NCBI GenBank assembly: GCA_003344405.1
Contig: NOWV01000025.1
Location: forward strand, 1 to 64,000
Direction of reading: 5' to 3'
Source: Trichoplax sp. H2
Taxonomy: Eukaryota
DNA length: 64,000 nt
The notes beneath the pieces are model-generated. The model did no database searches and had not been told where the DNA came from. It saw only the letters and a list, made by a program, of their open reading frames with translations. The position numbers and the translations under genes were made by a program. Shown piece after piece: positions 29,125 through 42,963 of this stretch. How positions within the stretch are numbered: the stretch's first letter is position 1; the number at the start of each line of letters is the position of its first letter.

Positions 29125-29450
29125 GACAGACGGACTTTTCTTACCAAAGGAGGCCGTCAATATCCAATAATGGTTACTTAGTATGGAGCTTCCGTGTCTG
29201 TTTGCTAAATCACTGGTACTAATTTTAATCACATCGACGATCTTATAAAACTGTTTCCAAGCAGAACTGAGTAGCAGATAATAACATTCAATGTAATATT
29301 ACTTCATTTAGAAAAAATCAGTCCGTTTAAAACCGATCATCTCCATACTAAAGTACTGTACTGTTATAACCAGGTGTTTGGCACAATATTTTAACCACAT
29401 TCGGCCAACAGTGTCTGTCCGTCCAAGGAGTGATGAGTCGAGATCTTCGG
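29125..29450. mobile_element. Putative non-autonomous repeat element, copy 2 (shorter, diverged)
   Basis: GACGGACTTTTCTTACCAAAGGAGGCCG...ATTCAATGTAATATTA...GTGTTTGGCACAATATTTT...TCTGTCCGTCCAAG aligns by eye, in order, with 26738..27545. Confidence 0.5.
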
Positions 29451-29802
29451 CTAGTAGTCTAAGACTCGACGACTTACCGCATACTCAGTATGGGATTGGG
29501 ACGGGACGATACCGGATTTGAACGCTTTTGACGACGTGTCCAATTTCCTCTCTCCTACTTAGTGTTCTATATCCAGCGTAGACATACAGTAAAAATCAAC
29601 GACTACCAGAAGCAAGACAGTATCTGGATAGTAGATCGGTAGATTAATAGTCACGAGTCTCAATTTTGAGGTATAATACTGTATGTAGGACTAAGTCAAC
29701 GTCTTCTTTTCATTCAACATTATTGTGCTACCATAGCAAGATTGAAACAATGTCTATTGAATCGACTTGATGAGCAAGAGATAATAATGATAGAATGAGA
29801 TA

Positions 29803-32800
29803 ATGCAGCATGAAATTCGCTTCTGTATTCCAACTTTAATTATATTTGTAGTTGCTTTAGTTCATATTTCTAATAGTAAAGTAATCCATGGGGTAATTCC
29901 TGTTGACGATTCTAAATTTCCCTATCCGAAAGATTTGACCTTTTTCTGCGGCAAGCTGGGTAAGGCATTTTTTTGTGGTACAGTAGCGAGTAGTCTTGTT
30001 AACAGGTGTAGCTTTGTATGCGATTTTTTTCCATCCATGAGTAACTTACGATGATGATATATAGCGTTAAAGAATGCTACTAATGATGATTCCTGTCAGT
30101 CGATCAGGCAACTAACTGTTGACAGAGTACAAATGCTCATCTTGCAATCTGATACGATAGTGATGCATAGCTAAAGTAATTTACTTTTGCATTTGTACAA
30201 CGTCATCACTTGACTTTGTTTAAATCGTTCTGCCTCTCGCCTCTCTATACAGTAACTGTGCTACAGTTAGTACGATTAAACCGTAACTTTGGCAACTTAT
30301 CGGATATGCTTACAGCTATGAATACAGTTGCCCACCAATCATCCAGCAATGGATGGCGGAAACATAACCTCCCCCCCCCCAAAAAAAAAAAGAGAAAATC
30401 CTCATAAATAGCTCCTATTTCATTGATTCTGACAAGACCGTATAGTGTGCATGTTCAGCTTCAATCAATGATAAATCATGACTAAACAGTACGTGTATAA
30501 CGAATTCATTTTCAACGAATGATAGATAGATGAAGTGCATATCCTCAATCATCAAGTTTATTCAGTCAGTAGAGCAATTTCACTTCTACGCTTACACGAT
30601 GGAATAGTTATGCCAACTCATATTCTGTAGCTAAGATCTTTGTTGGAGTTCGATGGGATACGCGAACAAACGAGTATGGTCACTAATTCACTATGATGCT
30701 ATTTTTTAACGTACTCTACGCACTACCATGGACCTGTACGGTAGCTCTAAAAGTCCATGGTACTACAGATCCTACGCATACGACAGATTGATCGAAACTA
30801 GTCTTAAACATCAATAATATTTTAGACAATAAAATGCAGCAAAATTAAGGCATACGAGTATTTGGCATTGCACGAGCTCTCTCACTATGCATATGCCAAC
30901 TAAATACCGCTGGTACTCCTTGGATACTATCGCCAAATGCTAACAATGACACTCGACTCTTTGATGCGCTGTACTTGCTTGATCATCACTAATACTGATT
31001 GTGTTGGATGTTTAGAATAACTAGCTTACTGCTATTCATACAACAGTAATGAAATAGATGCGAGCAGTAGATATAACAATTTCACATTGCGTAGTCATCA
31101 TATTCATTTTAAAATACTGCCTACAATACATAAACGGATATACCAAATTGATTTTCTTATCACTTTATGTTTCCATACTGGAGATAGCGTACTAGGATTG
31201 CAAATCCATAAATATTCTCTGTACTCCACCTTTTTCAAATCGTTTCTAATTTATTCTTTCTTAGGATCGATGATGACAATCCAATTAAATTTTACTCGCA
31301 AAGTAGTTTGTAGCCAATGCAAAATTTATTTACTTACTATTGATAATTGGAAAAAGTTGCAAGCCGGCATCCATTATAATGATAAATCGGAACAAGAGAA
31401 ATCGTGTCAAAATATCTTGCGGACTGCTCATCTTTATGGTAAGAGGCCTATACAGTGCGCCGTAATTTCGTGCAATATCTAATAGATGATCCTAGATTAT
31501 CGCAAATTATATGATTAATCAATTTATGACTATATTTTATTTCGATATAGTATTTCAAAGTGTATATGCCAATATTTAAGAGTACAACTGGTTTATTGCT
31601 GAGATATTGGATTTCCAAAAGTGATTGTTTACCTTATTACTAGTAATACAGTGTGTTTATCATCGCCATATAAAAGAATATTTTTCTCACAACTGGTATG
31701 AATTACGATACCAGTTGAACAATGTAGCAGTTAAAGTCATTTATATGATAATCGACTGCACCGTTGCCAAGTATACTTTATATGCATCCACTCCTTGAAG
31801 ATAGAAATAGGAAAAATATTTTCGTTATGACGGGCATCTTTGTGCAAAAGAAATTGATAACATTTAATTCCGCTTTATTCGATATCTCTTGCAGAATCTG
31901 GATGATATTTATAATTAATAACACATCTACTTCTCTTTACATACTATAAACCTTGCTTTGAGAACAATATTCGTATTTATTTGAAGCATAAACGTAAATG
32001 TATATTTAAATAGTGTCCAGTATATGATTGGACTCATAATTAGTAATAATTGTAGTTATAGGGTAATAAACTCAGATGGATTCACCCTCTATAGCTCTAG
32101 TTGCATAATCTATTCATATAACAGTACTTCTCTAGTATTATTCATAATATAGCAGTGTTATACGCATATACTCGTGTATTAATAATTGCTAGGATAACAG
32201 TTAAAAAAATAGGATGTACAGATTGTTGTTATATTCTTATGGACTACATAAGCGTAAATGGAAGATCACTGTTCTAATTTACAATGCAACTATCTCAAAA
32301 CCCATGTTTTATGCCTTTGTTATATGAAATGGATGATTTATTAATTACGTCAGTGATTCATTGTAACTAGACGCTACTTTTTAGTGGATATTATAGAGGA
32401 TTCCTTGTCTCAATCTGTCGTTACCTCCGCTACTCTGAATGACGAACAGTATTCATGTTGGTATCTTGTCTATGCAAATCGTGCAACGTGCAATAGCATG
32501 TCCACGCCAGCGGAATCAATTACTCATCAAATAAATTATGTACTAACTCTTCAAAACGAAGCTATTGATAACAACACAATAACTCATTTCAGCGCTGAAG
32601 AAGAAGGTAATAACTTAAAATCCTTCACTTATAAAATAAGCAGAGTATCTTTAATTAAATTGAGATTTAATAATAATTTCATCAAACAGGGCTCATTTGC
32701 TACCTCCAGTATGGTAATACTATCTCTTTGAATGATTGATTAGTACCTTATATAATTGCTATTAGGTATTCTCCTATTTTATCAACGTTTTACGTTCGTG

Positions 32801-34258
32801 CACTTTTTCGTAATGTGTCTTATGGCAAATTCAGTCGTACAAGTTATTAGCAAGGCTGGACCGATGCATCAGGTATTATTTGGGTTATAAATGAGTTCAA
32901 TATTGAACTATTTTTATTCAATTACTTTATTATATCCAAGTTAAATAATCAATTCGGATATGTTCTAATAGGCTATGGTACAGCTAGCATTTGCAGAAGT
33001 ATTTCTATTTCTCAGCTTAATCCTTGCTACCTTTCACCTTCTGCAGTATGTATAACCGTGCTATAATAAATTACTCAAAGTTAAATACCAATTTTGAAAA
33101 TTAAATAACATTCGTAAAAATCTGGACTTTTATTACAGATACTCTTCAAATGGCATGGGTATGCCAATAATGTTGTTCTTATCCAATTGTGAGTACAATT
33201 TATGCTATCTCGTTTACCTATCGAGTCGATTTCCTGTTAATTGTTTAAGCCTTTTAAGAATATCACATGATACAGTCAGTGCTGGTATCAATGGTCTAAT
33301 AAACATTGGTTATTTAAACGACAGGTTTCGCTTTGGCATCGCGTTTCTATATGTTTCGAATGCTTTGTGGAACGTCGTTTGCGTTACTACGTGGAAATAC
33401 ATTCCTTAAACCAAGCCGTGAAAATTGGGCTTTAACTATTGCCATATCGTCGGTTTTTGCAGAGGTTATTTCTTTTGCAATAGCAGATCTGCTGATCATT
33501 GTATTATCGATAATTTTAATCAATCTTTTTAATTCGGACTATTTTGTAGGAGATAGTAATCTGGTATGAGTTGTTTTATGATGAACTTCATCGCTCCCTG
33601 ATATGCTATTTTAGTCTTGGGACGCAGCCTTTAATCTTATTCAGACTTGTGGCTTTTGGTATTATCTGCTATAAATTGAGCGAAATGATATCAGAAGCGC
33701 GTGGAGCTCTGAAAAGGGAATTCTATATTAGATTTTCTATGGTTAGTTTTCTTTCGTATTAAATCACCAATGATGTCTCCATAGTAATTATGACTATAAT
33801 ATATCCTTTAATTTTATTTATCCTTCTACGCTGTTTTAAATTTTTTAGATCTAGTTTGCTTTAACATTTCTTATTTGTTTTGGATTATTTTTCAGTGTTG
33901 CATATTGTGGCTTCTTGCACCTGTTGGATTCTCGTGCTTGGCAAGCTTCTTTTGCCGACAGTACTTTGGAATAGCCGTAAGTATCTGCTGTAGAATGCAT
34001 GCCCATTTATGCAATTGCTTATGAGATTCCGATATATGACATAATTTAAGCTGTTTATACCCTTTAAACCCTTTTACTGACTAAGTTACGACTGTAACAA
34101 CTTTATTTTTACAGCTGCTTGCTGATGGAACGTTACTGTTGCAATTTTGTGCTTCCTTTCTGATGTATCGATTGATTATGTCAAGAAGCCTATATTGGGA
34201 AGTTTCAGCACTATCAGCTAGTATACTACCAACTAGGATTGGTTCAATCCACAGATAG
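29803..34258 (+). CDS. GPR180: GPR180 / intimal thickness-related receptor (GOST-family seven-TM protein), about 446 aa, 10 exons
   Basis: join(29803..29959,31265..31438,32385..32606,32766..32872,32972..33045,33139..33188,33325..33464,33550..33741,33896..33976,34115..34258), 1341 nt, in frame. Signal peptide, then WYLVYANRATC, THFSAEEEG, KAGPMHQ, YSSNGMGMP, LKREFYIRF and MSRSLYWEVSALS, which match GPR180 motifs (KGGPMH, SLYWEVSSLS). Confidence 0.9.
30726..30760. mobile_element. Tiny TIR element CCATGGAC...TCTAAAAGTCCATGG (35 bp)
   Basis: Inverted ends CCATGGAC/GTCCATGG, flanks CACTA/TACTA. Same right end as 43427..43471. Confidence 0.45.
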
Positions 34259-35034
34259 ATTGTAAATTTTAATATCGAACATGTACATAACCATTGCAAC
34301 GTCAAAGATTGCTTGAAGTTCAAAATTTTAGGTTCTAAAGAGCGTATTTGTATTGTCATGTCATTTCAATATACTTGGTTGGTAAATACCACAAATATCG
34401 CATCAAATTATTTACGCCATTTAAAGTGTACTACCATCAGATACTTTACGCCTCACTATATAGCTGATTTATTGAATAATGTTAATCGATATATCGTGTT
34501 TCTAAATATGTATATTACGAATAAACGTATATTCAACTATCTGTCAATTGCGGTACAATTATCGAATTGTACTACGTCTACTGGAAACTAATTGTCCGTT
34601 TGAATACATTTATTAATCTGAAGGGCTAAAATATTTTATCATCATTTTATTATTTTATTATGATTCAATACCAGTTGTTGGTGAATAAAAATATTTACAT
34701 GTCTTCGACCAATTAAATTACATACGGCTATACAGGTATATGTTCTATCTGACTTGTACTGGTAGACTACTGCACATGATCGTCTGGGATTTACGTTGCC
34801 GACCTCGTCAATTGACGATATTGTCAAAGAACGTTTCTATAATTCGCGAATGGAATTTAAATTCTATTTTTATCCTTTCAATTGATTGATTATATGATAC
34901 TATAATTGGCTTTATTAGTACTAGCTTAACGTCCTGTCGCTTCGCTGACAGAAATACTACGGTCTTTTCAACTCTTAAATGGAATGATTGAAATTGTTTG
35001 ATGAAATCAGTCAGTGGTGCTATATATTAGCTCT

Positions 35035-36066
35035 TTACGATGGACAACCTATGTTTGAATATAGTGTAATTGACGGCGATAAATCAGACACCATGATTAT
35101 TTGAGATGGTGTATCAGATGAAGCTATCCAATTGACTTTACACTTATGATCAATCACCACAGGAGCAGGATATTCACATTCTTCATCTTCATTTTCATCG
35201 CTACCATCACTTAGTAAATCCCAAAGCATAAGTTTACCGTCATTGCCTGCGCTTACAAGGTAGTTTGTAGATTGCCACCTGGTAAAGTGAGATTGATTAG
35301 CACATAGCGAATGGCCACTTAAACATTGCGTGTGAACTAATTCATCTTCCTCATAATCAGTTTCAAATACATAAATGTTACTATCATTAGTTGCACATGC
35401 AATTCGATTAGAATTGCATGCGACGTCAAGATGATGAATAAATGGTGGATTGACCATCGTCGCATGATTTGATTCCGATGGACTTATATCGTTAATGTTG
35501 ATCGTTTGCAAAACCGTAGGATTTTCTTCACTATCGATGTCGTAGTAATTCAATTTACAATCCATACCAGCCGAGATCAACTTGAAGGGCTGATTTGGTA
35601 AGAATTGAACGCACGAACAAATGCTATCGTGGCAGCATTTATCCATATAAACAGCTCCATTTCGTAAATCGATAACGACAATAAATCCAGCATCGTCACA
35701 AGCAGCTAAATGAGATTCCGTGCAATTTACAGCGATTTGATTAATTTCCTCTTTATTGTAATCGAAAGAGCTGCATAAAGGATTCTGTTGACGTAAGTCA
35801 TACTTGAAGATTCGTCGGTCATCATTGCAATATAAGACATGCTGGCTTCCATTGGCAAAAATAACGCTATTGCATCCATAATCTGATTGATCTTCTACCC
35901 AATTAGGAGGAGGCAAGGTTCGAATTGTTTGTTTGTTGGATAGCTCCAGCACATCGACGACTCCATGATCGATCCCACATGCAACAGTGCCACCTTGGCT
36001 GATATCAACGGACAAGATTGAATTATCAGCTTTTGCCGATGATGGATAATACCTTTCAACTTGCAT
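35035..36066 (-). CDS. WDR53: WD40-repeat protein 53-like, 343 aa, intronless CDS
   Basis: Single ORF with WD repeats. YNKEEINQIAVN, HLAACDDAG, HDSICSCVQF, LISAGMDCKL, MVNPPFIHHL and HKCKVNWI resemble WDR53. Confidence 0.85.
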   Translation of the reverse strand: MQVERYYPSSAKADNSILSVDISQGGTVACGIDHGVVDVLELSNKQTIRTLPPPNWVEDQSDYGCNSVIFANGSQHVLYCNDDRRIFKYDLRQQNPLCSSFDYNKEEINQIAVNCTESHLAACDDAGFIVVIDLRNGAVYMDKCCHDSICSCVQFLPNQPFKLISAGMDCKLNYYDIDSEENPTVLQTININDISPSESNHATMVNPPFIHHLDVACNSNRIACATNDSNIYVFETDYEEDELVHTQCLSGHSLCANQSHFTRWQSTNYLVSAGNDGKLMLWDLLSDGSDENEDEECEYPAPVVIDHKCKVNWIASSDTPSQIIMVSDLSPSITLYSNIGCPS

Positions 36067-36444
36067 ACTGTCTTTTAAAAGTATTTGACAGGCTTAAGGA
36101 TGATGTTGCATTTAATTTACTCGTATGCTTGGCTGTTTACAATACATTAATGTGATGGGCCAACAAGCCGCAACTGGTGTGATGGCTGGGCCTGCAGATT
36201 CCTTGTTTACTTTGAATTACTAAATACAGCAGAACTATTTTGATACCTCTTAATTACACTGCCGTATACTACGTTAGTTATGAACAGATGTTCTGTTAGC
36301 GACACAGCGTAGCTTTGTCAAGACTTATCCTACTATACTATACTATGAGTATGTCAGTCTACTTATACTGTGTACAATATGGTATATATTCTAGTTGGTT
36401 TGCAGTAACTTGGCTCAAGATTGCGACTATACTCCCTTTAACAC

Positions 36445-37215
36445 GACAAATAGTTTTGCAGAAGCTAAGGAAAGACTTGAAACTGCAGTAAAAGTTCCTT
36501 TGACTTGATGAGTTGACAACACAGAGACAAAATCAATTGTAGTGATCATAATACTACGGTGTCCATCATCATCGATGGCGAGGTCTATCTAGAAAGTAGA
36601 AAGGAACAGATAGATTTGAACTCGTTGGAATTATTCGAGGCATAATACAGTCTTGCTAGCTAATCAGCGTGTAGATTAGCCATTTTATGATGGATGGCAG
36701 TAGGCTAAATTGTGTATGATGGATGCAGCATTGGTAGAAGCCGTACTGTGCCTAATTGTAACAAGTATCATAATACAGTCTCGTTAGCTAATCAGCATAT
36801 GGGTTTTTATGATGGCAGTGGGCTAAATTATGCATGATGCATGCAGCATTGGTAGAAGCCGTACTATGCCTAATTGTAGCATGTATTAACCTGACAAATA
36901 GTTTTGCAAAAGCTGAGGAAAGACTTGAAACTGTAATAAAAGTTCCTTTGACTTTCTGACTTGACAACACAGAGACAAAATCAATTGTAGAGATGATAAT
37001 ACTGCGGTGTCCATCATCATCGATGGCGAGGTCTATCTAGAAAGTAGAAAGGAACAGATAGATTTGAACTCGTTGGAATTATTCGAGGCATAATACAGTC
37101 TTGTTAGCTAATCAGCATGTGGATTAGCCATTTTATGATGGATGGCAGCGGGCTAAATTATGCATGATGGATGCAGCATTGGTAGAAGCCGTACTGTGCC
37201 TAATTGTAGCATGTA
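36445..37215 (+). repeat. Nested tandem duplication (A-B-B'-A-B, main period 448 bp) between WDR53 and UBXN7
   Basis: GACAAATAGTTTTGC... starts at 36445 and 36893. The sub-block CATAATACAGTCT...GCAGCATTGGTAGAAGCCGTACT...CCTAATTGTA of about 120 bp occurs three times (near 36641, 36769 and 37089). Confidence 0.92.
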
Positions 37216-37494
37216 GCAGTGACATTAGTTTTGCTTAGCAGTACCAAGTTGTTAGAATGGGTCAATCGTTTGCCTAAGAAATCACTTTCTTTCGTCAGTG
37301 AATCAGAATGCTAAGTCAAAACCCTTCCATTCCCGGTCAAAGTCATGTCACGATCATGTGCCTACAGTAATGAGTACAGTAGCCGGTGAATAGCTTCTCG
37401 TTCCCCTCTGGCATTTTTAAATTACACATGCGCACACTTAAAGTTAGCGGCCTTACTCTTCGCTTTATTGGAGGTTAATGTTCCTTCAAGGAAG

Positions 37495-40400
37495 ATGGCG
37501 ACTGTTCCAAATAGTGCTGAATGGCGCTACCTTTGTCAGCAATTTATTGCTGTTACTGATGCTACACCAGAAATTGCCAAAAATATGCTAGAAGCTACTA
37601 CTGGAAATCTTGAAGAAGCCATTAATCTTTACTTAGAATACTCACGTCGTGATACTACCAATGTCTCATCCAGTACTGCAGAAACGATTTCACCGCAACA
37701 GGAGCAGTTGAGTATCCTAGCCAATTTTTTGGATAGTCTATAATGAATCCTGATAGAGTAACGAAACACTGATTTTAGAATGTTCCCTTGTTCTATGTCA
37801 CAACCATAGAAATAAAACAACGGTCGATATTATAACTGCCCCTTGAACATGTTGATAGATTATGGATTCAATATGCAGTGTAGTAAATTTGTAGAACTGC
37901 CAACATTGTTCATTTTGTCCATGATGGACATATCATTTATCAACTCGTCATATCAGAATAAGGAATGATGATTTTCATTATTCAGGGAACATGTACGTGA
38001 TCCAATTCCTCAGACACAAGAAGTTTTAGTGCAAGGCAGCAATTTTGTTCAAAGTAAGTACCGTTGTCAATTTTTAAATGTAAAATATTGTAAGCTGAGG
38101 ACAATCTCCTTTATATTCTTGACAAACGCGTATGCAATACACGACCTCAATACTCTTCTGTTCGTAAATTACTATGCTCGCATAAAACGACATTAGAAAG
38201 TGACACATCGACAAACTAGCAATGGATTAAAGCATAGTACAGCAAATTTCTATATAGCGTATGCACTTAACTACAGTATTTATTTGATGAATGAATTGCC
38301 TATTGGCTGATCGACTAAAACTGATCAATGATGAACTTAATGGCTGTACTAAATACTTACTGTAACCTGTAATTGTCGTGGATTTAAAAGTTCAGTGATA
38401 CTATCATGCTATTGTACTATTAAATTGATTCAATTTTAGTTGCTTATGTTTCCTGTCTTTCTTGGCTAGATTTAGGTTAGAAATTTAAAATACTGTATTT
38501 TGAAAGTTCTGTTAAACTCTTTTCTAATGCTATAAATACGAGATATACGAACGAAGGATATATCATTCATTGGCCTTGGTAGTCATCACTACGTCTAATT
38601 CTAGAACTCTAATTCGATCCCTTGATAAGTAACTACATGATCTAGAGCAATGTAAAAATACAGCAATTGTCCTTAATTACATTGCTCTATCAGTGATTCA
38701 TTGGTAAAGTATAGAGAAGCTCCTGTCAATATCAATCTGTTACTAATGACTGCATCTTAGTGTCACATTTTCCTGCTCGATAGACGCACAATATTAATAA
38801 GCCATACTGCTCTACGTTGGCTCTGTACAAAAGTTGATATATGACGGCTTAATCTATGTGTACGTATATAGGAGCTTACAGGAAAAGAAAAATTTCGTCC
38901 ACGTCCCCATTCGATAACTTTCGTGATTACCGAGAAGAAGCGCGTATGTAATCGATGAATAATCTGCCAATTGGCCACTTTCTTAACCAGATTAAATATT
39001 TGTACTCTCTTGCTACTTGCAATCTTCAGGGATTAGAGAATCTGGTGAAACTTCATCATATAGTAGTAAGAAGCGAAACTTGAATGATCTATTTAGGCCA
39101 CCAATTGATCTAATTCATCATGGAGATTTTGAATCTGTGAGTATCGCCAATAGTATAGATACTATGATCGATTTCTTTACTTTTATTGATTACCTTTGAT
39201 ACTATAATTGAACTGCTGTTATACCATTGTACAAAATTACATACACACGTACGCATACTTGTGTATAAATTAAACAAATCTCGAAATATTCGTTTACATA
39301 CACCAGATGCTATCGTCTTACAGCGCAATCACCGACGTGATCACGTTTTGGACATAGAGTAATATTGATTGCCGACACTTTTCTTGATAGGCTCGTCAAA
39401 GGTGTCGAACAGAACAGAAATGGCTACTAGTTAATTTACAGGATATGAAAGAATTTAGCTGTCAAGTATTGAATCGGGATGTCTGGAGTAACGATATCGT
39501 GCGGGATATTATTAAAGAAAGTTTCGTTTTTTGGCAGGTAACATATAGTACTAAAGTAATGAAAATTTCTTTCACGTCTGAGATCTAAATTAACTGAATA
39601 AGTTATAAAATATCGCTTTATCGATCATTCAAAGGTTTACCATGATAGTGAAGAAGGATACCGATATGCGCGGTTATACAATGTTTCCTCTTATCCTCAC
39701 ATTGCTATAATAGATCCCCGTACAGGTATTTCCCTTTTACACGTATACCTATTTATCAACCTGATTATATAAGTTATATCGTTTAGCAGCTTTGGTACTC
39801 TTGCTTCTTATTCTAAATGTGTCGATAGGCAACATCATCCTTGTAGAGGTTTCTATAAAATTTAAACGTAATTTGTTTGTGTCAAATGAACGATATAGGA
39901 GGAAAATTACTATCATTATCGAAAACTGAAGCTTCTACTTTTTGTACTACAGGTTACTTATAGAGTTCTAGATACATTTTCTTAAATTGAAATACAATTA
40001 TGTTAAAATGCCATCAATTTGAAAATGAATCTATAATGCCATTATATGCTTTGGTATTCTCTGTTTATAGCCAGATTCTATAATAACCATTGCAATGTAC
40101 AATCGTATACCTTACGAAATATTATGATAAAATTCTGTCATTTGAAACCTAAATCCAAAAGATTTGAACGAGTATTTTATCAAACTATAGTAACTCGATT
40201 TTTATCAGAAAATCCTATGATCGAGTCACCATCAAAGAACAGGTCAAAGCGAAAGGTACAAATGATAATTTAAGTGTAGTATTATTTAACGCGCAGATGG
40301 TGGTACAGTTATTTTAACGGCTTTAGTGTCTTATCTATCAATTATGTAATTGAAACTTTCCTATTTCAGACAAATATAATAGATCATAGCGAGGAGTCAC

Positions 40401-41225
40401 AATTAGAAGCTGCTATTGCAGCATCAATACAAGAATCTTGTGTAAATCATAAGACCAGTGAAAAGGTAGAAGAAACAGTTATTTTAGATAGTGATAGCGA
40501 TGTCATTCTTTCCAAAAGCGATGATGACTTTAACGAAAGCGACAGTTGTGAGGAAGATATAGGTATAAAAAATGGTAAGATCAATGTGCATCTTTCTTAA
40601 AATTATCAGCTCTGATATCCATGATCATAACTATTTTCTACGTTGATGTTATAGAAATTCGTAAACCATCCATTGAAAGTGAGAAATCTATTAGTGAAGT
40701 AATGGTTATAAACTCTGTTGTAAGAGAAACTGATGAGGTTGATTTGACTAGAAGTAAAGATCAACTTTTACCGGAATATACACGTAAGTAAATCGGTTTA
40801 CTCACTACTTTATTAGAAATATACGCGTATAAGTTGGTTGTGTATGGCTAACTGAAAATCTACGTACGCATTTCTCAGATACAAATCCTATTAAATTTTT
40901 ACTTCGTTTTCCAAATGGAGAAAGAAGATATGCATCCTTTCAAGCCAGTGCTACTGTTAAGGTAAACAAACAGAATGATGAAAATATTGGTAATGTTTAA
41001 TAATTCATAGCGCTAGCTATGGCACGGCAGTCGTAAATTAACTATATCTTTGATAATATGCTACAGGAATTGTTAAAGTTCGTTTCAGATCAAGGATATG
41101 ATATGCGAGAGTACGAACTAATTACAGCATTTCCCCGCCGAAATGTATCAAGCTTTCCGTTGAATTCATCTTTAGTTAATAACGGGCTACAAGGAAATGA
41201 TACAATATTTGTACAGATGAAATAA
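37495..41225 (+). CDS. UBXN7: UBX domain protein 7 (UBA-UAS-UIM-UBX p97 adaptor), multi-exon
   Basis: Exons spell the UBA (QQFIAVTDAT...MLEATTGNLEEAINLYLE), HVRDPIPQTQEVLV, PFDNFRDY, LNDLFRPPIDLIHHGDF, the UAS (KWLLVNLQDMKEFSCQVLNRDVWSN; YPHIAIIDPRTG), the UIM (SEESQLEAAIAASIQES) and the UBX (LLRFPNGERR...YELITAFPRR...TIFVQMK). Stop at 41223-41225. Confidence 0.95.
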
Positions 41226-41908
41226 CAGTTGTTTGATATGGCTCATCTTGACTGTATTCATTCTGCTGTTGTGTTATTAGATGGAGAATATCTTATGGCT
41301 AGACATTATTTGCAAACTGTAGAAAAATACGTTATTCATTTACAGTAAGAATTTGTAATGATAATGAAAAGAGGATTATCGATTATTTGTTTATTGTATA
41401 AATTTTAGTATAAATTGCTATTCTGTGCACTATTTGTACATATTGTCATTTCAGCAGGAATTATTTGGCTGTATCTTAAAGTCTATTGAAAGTGTGTGAC
41501 GCTCATTTAGCGTTGTCAATTAATGAAGGACTATCAATATGGATCGTAATAAGTATCTACGGTACTGTAAATTAGAACGCTACCGATAACCCACCCTTTC
41601 GCAATATGTTCTGTTGCCTTATCTCACATGATTATCGTTATTCGATGATTATTATTTTCTTACTATAGCAATTGCCATCATGTAGTCGATTTTTTAATGA
41701 TTATTTATATCTCCAATAGATTCGTGATTTGCTACGTTCAATTTCTGATATTGTACAGAATTAATATTGGTACCCGTTCTATCCTACAGTAATACGTGAT
41801 AATTATTATTGTTTAATATTCTATTTTCAGCACCTTTACTATAAACTAATGCATTATAGGCGTATTTGAGTCAATTTTCCTATGTTCCTACGTAGCTTAT
41901 TGATTAAA

Positions 41909-42963
41909 TAGTGGATCATTTTACTATTCTACTGATGGTCTATCGATATAGTCATAGCGTAGTGGGTTAATCACTTCCTTTTTGTACTCACATACGTTGT
42001 ACAGTAGTAGTACAATAATATAATGTGTATTAAACTGTGTAAATGCTCATTGAATAAGAAGCGTTGTGTTTTATCGCGAGTTTCGGAACGGACTCGGCCA
42101 ATTTGCCCCTGATCGCTCACCATCGGATGATTTACCGTGGACAATTTGAAATAGTAGAGTGGATATCGATCTTTACCAGGGATAGTTAGCAATGTTTTAA
42201 AAAGGATCGTTTGAGTTAGTAGTCCTTGTGAAAGGAAACTACAGTCATTACAGCAATCATGTTTATCTAATTACAGACTTGCGGTAAATATAAATCAACG
42301 CATTTTACTGCAAACACAATCATACTCAACGATCAGACCTTTTCTCTGGGATAAAGGCCAAAAATATCGAAAGANNNNNNNNNNNNNNNNNNNNGTTGTA
42401 CAGTAGTGGATCATTTTACTATTCTACTGATGGTCTATCGATATAGTCATAGCGTAGTGGGTTAATCACTTCCTTTTTGTACTCACATACGTTGTACAGT
42501 AGTAGTACAATAATATAATGTGTAGATGGTTTATCGATATAGTTATAGCGTAGTGGGTTAATCACTTCCTTTTTGTACTCACATACGTTGTACAGTAGTA
42601 GTACAATAATATAATGTGTATTAAACTGTGTAAATGCTCATTGAATAAGAAGCGTTGTGTTTTATCGCGAGTTTCGGAACGGACTCGGCCAATTTGCCCC
42701 TGATCGCTCACCATCGGATGATTTACCGTGGACAATTTGAAATAGTAGAGTGGATATCGATCTTTACCAGGGATAGTTAGCAATGTTTTAAAAAGGATCG
42801 TTTGAGTTAGTAGTCCTTGTGAAAGGAAACTACAGTCATTACAGCAATCATGTTTATCTAATTACAGACTTGCGGTAAATATAAATCAACGCATTTTACT
42901 GCAAACACAATCATACTCAACGATCAGACCTTTTCTCTGGGATAAAGGCCAAAAATATCGAAA
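41909..42963. other. Near-identical duplicate on both sides of an N-gap at about 42375-42394 (probable assembly overlap)
   Basis: About 41909..42374 is repeated essentially verbatim after the N run, up to 42963. Confidence 0.8.

Noticed and set aside
30371..30391. C10-A11 run and the ORF ending PPPKKKKRK (NLS-like)
   Set aside because: Intronic homopolymer; the peptide is a by-product.
41971..42783. Two identical 73-aa ORFs (MLTIPGKDRY...) as a duplicated gene
   Set aside because: Identical copies flank an N-gap (assembly overlap) and start at TTG. The region fits better as exon 3 of the orphan model in another frame.
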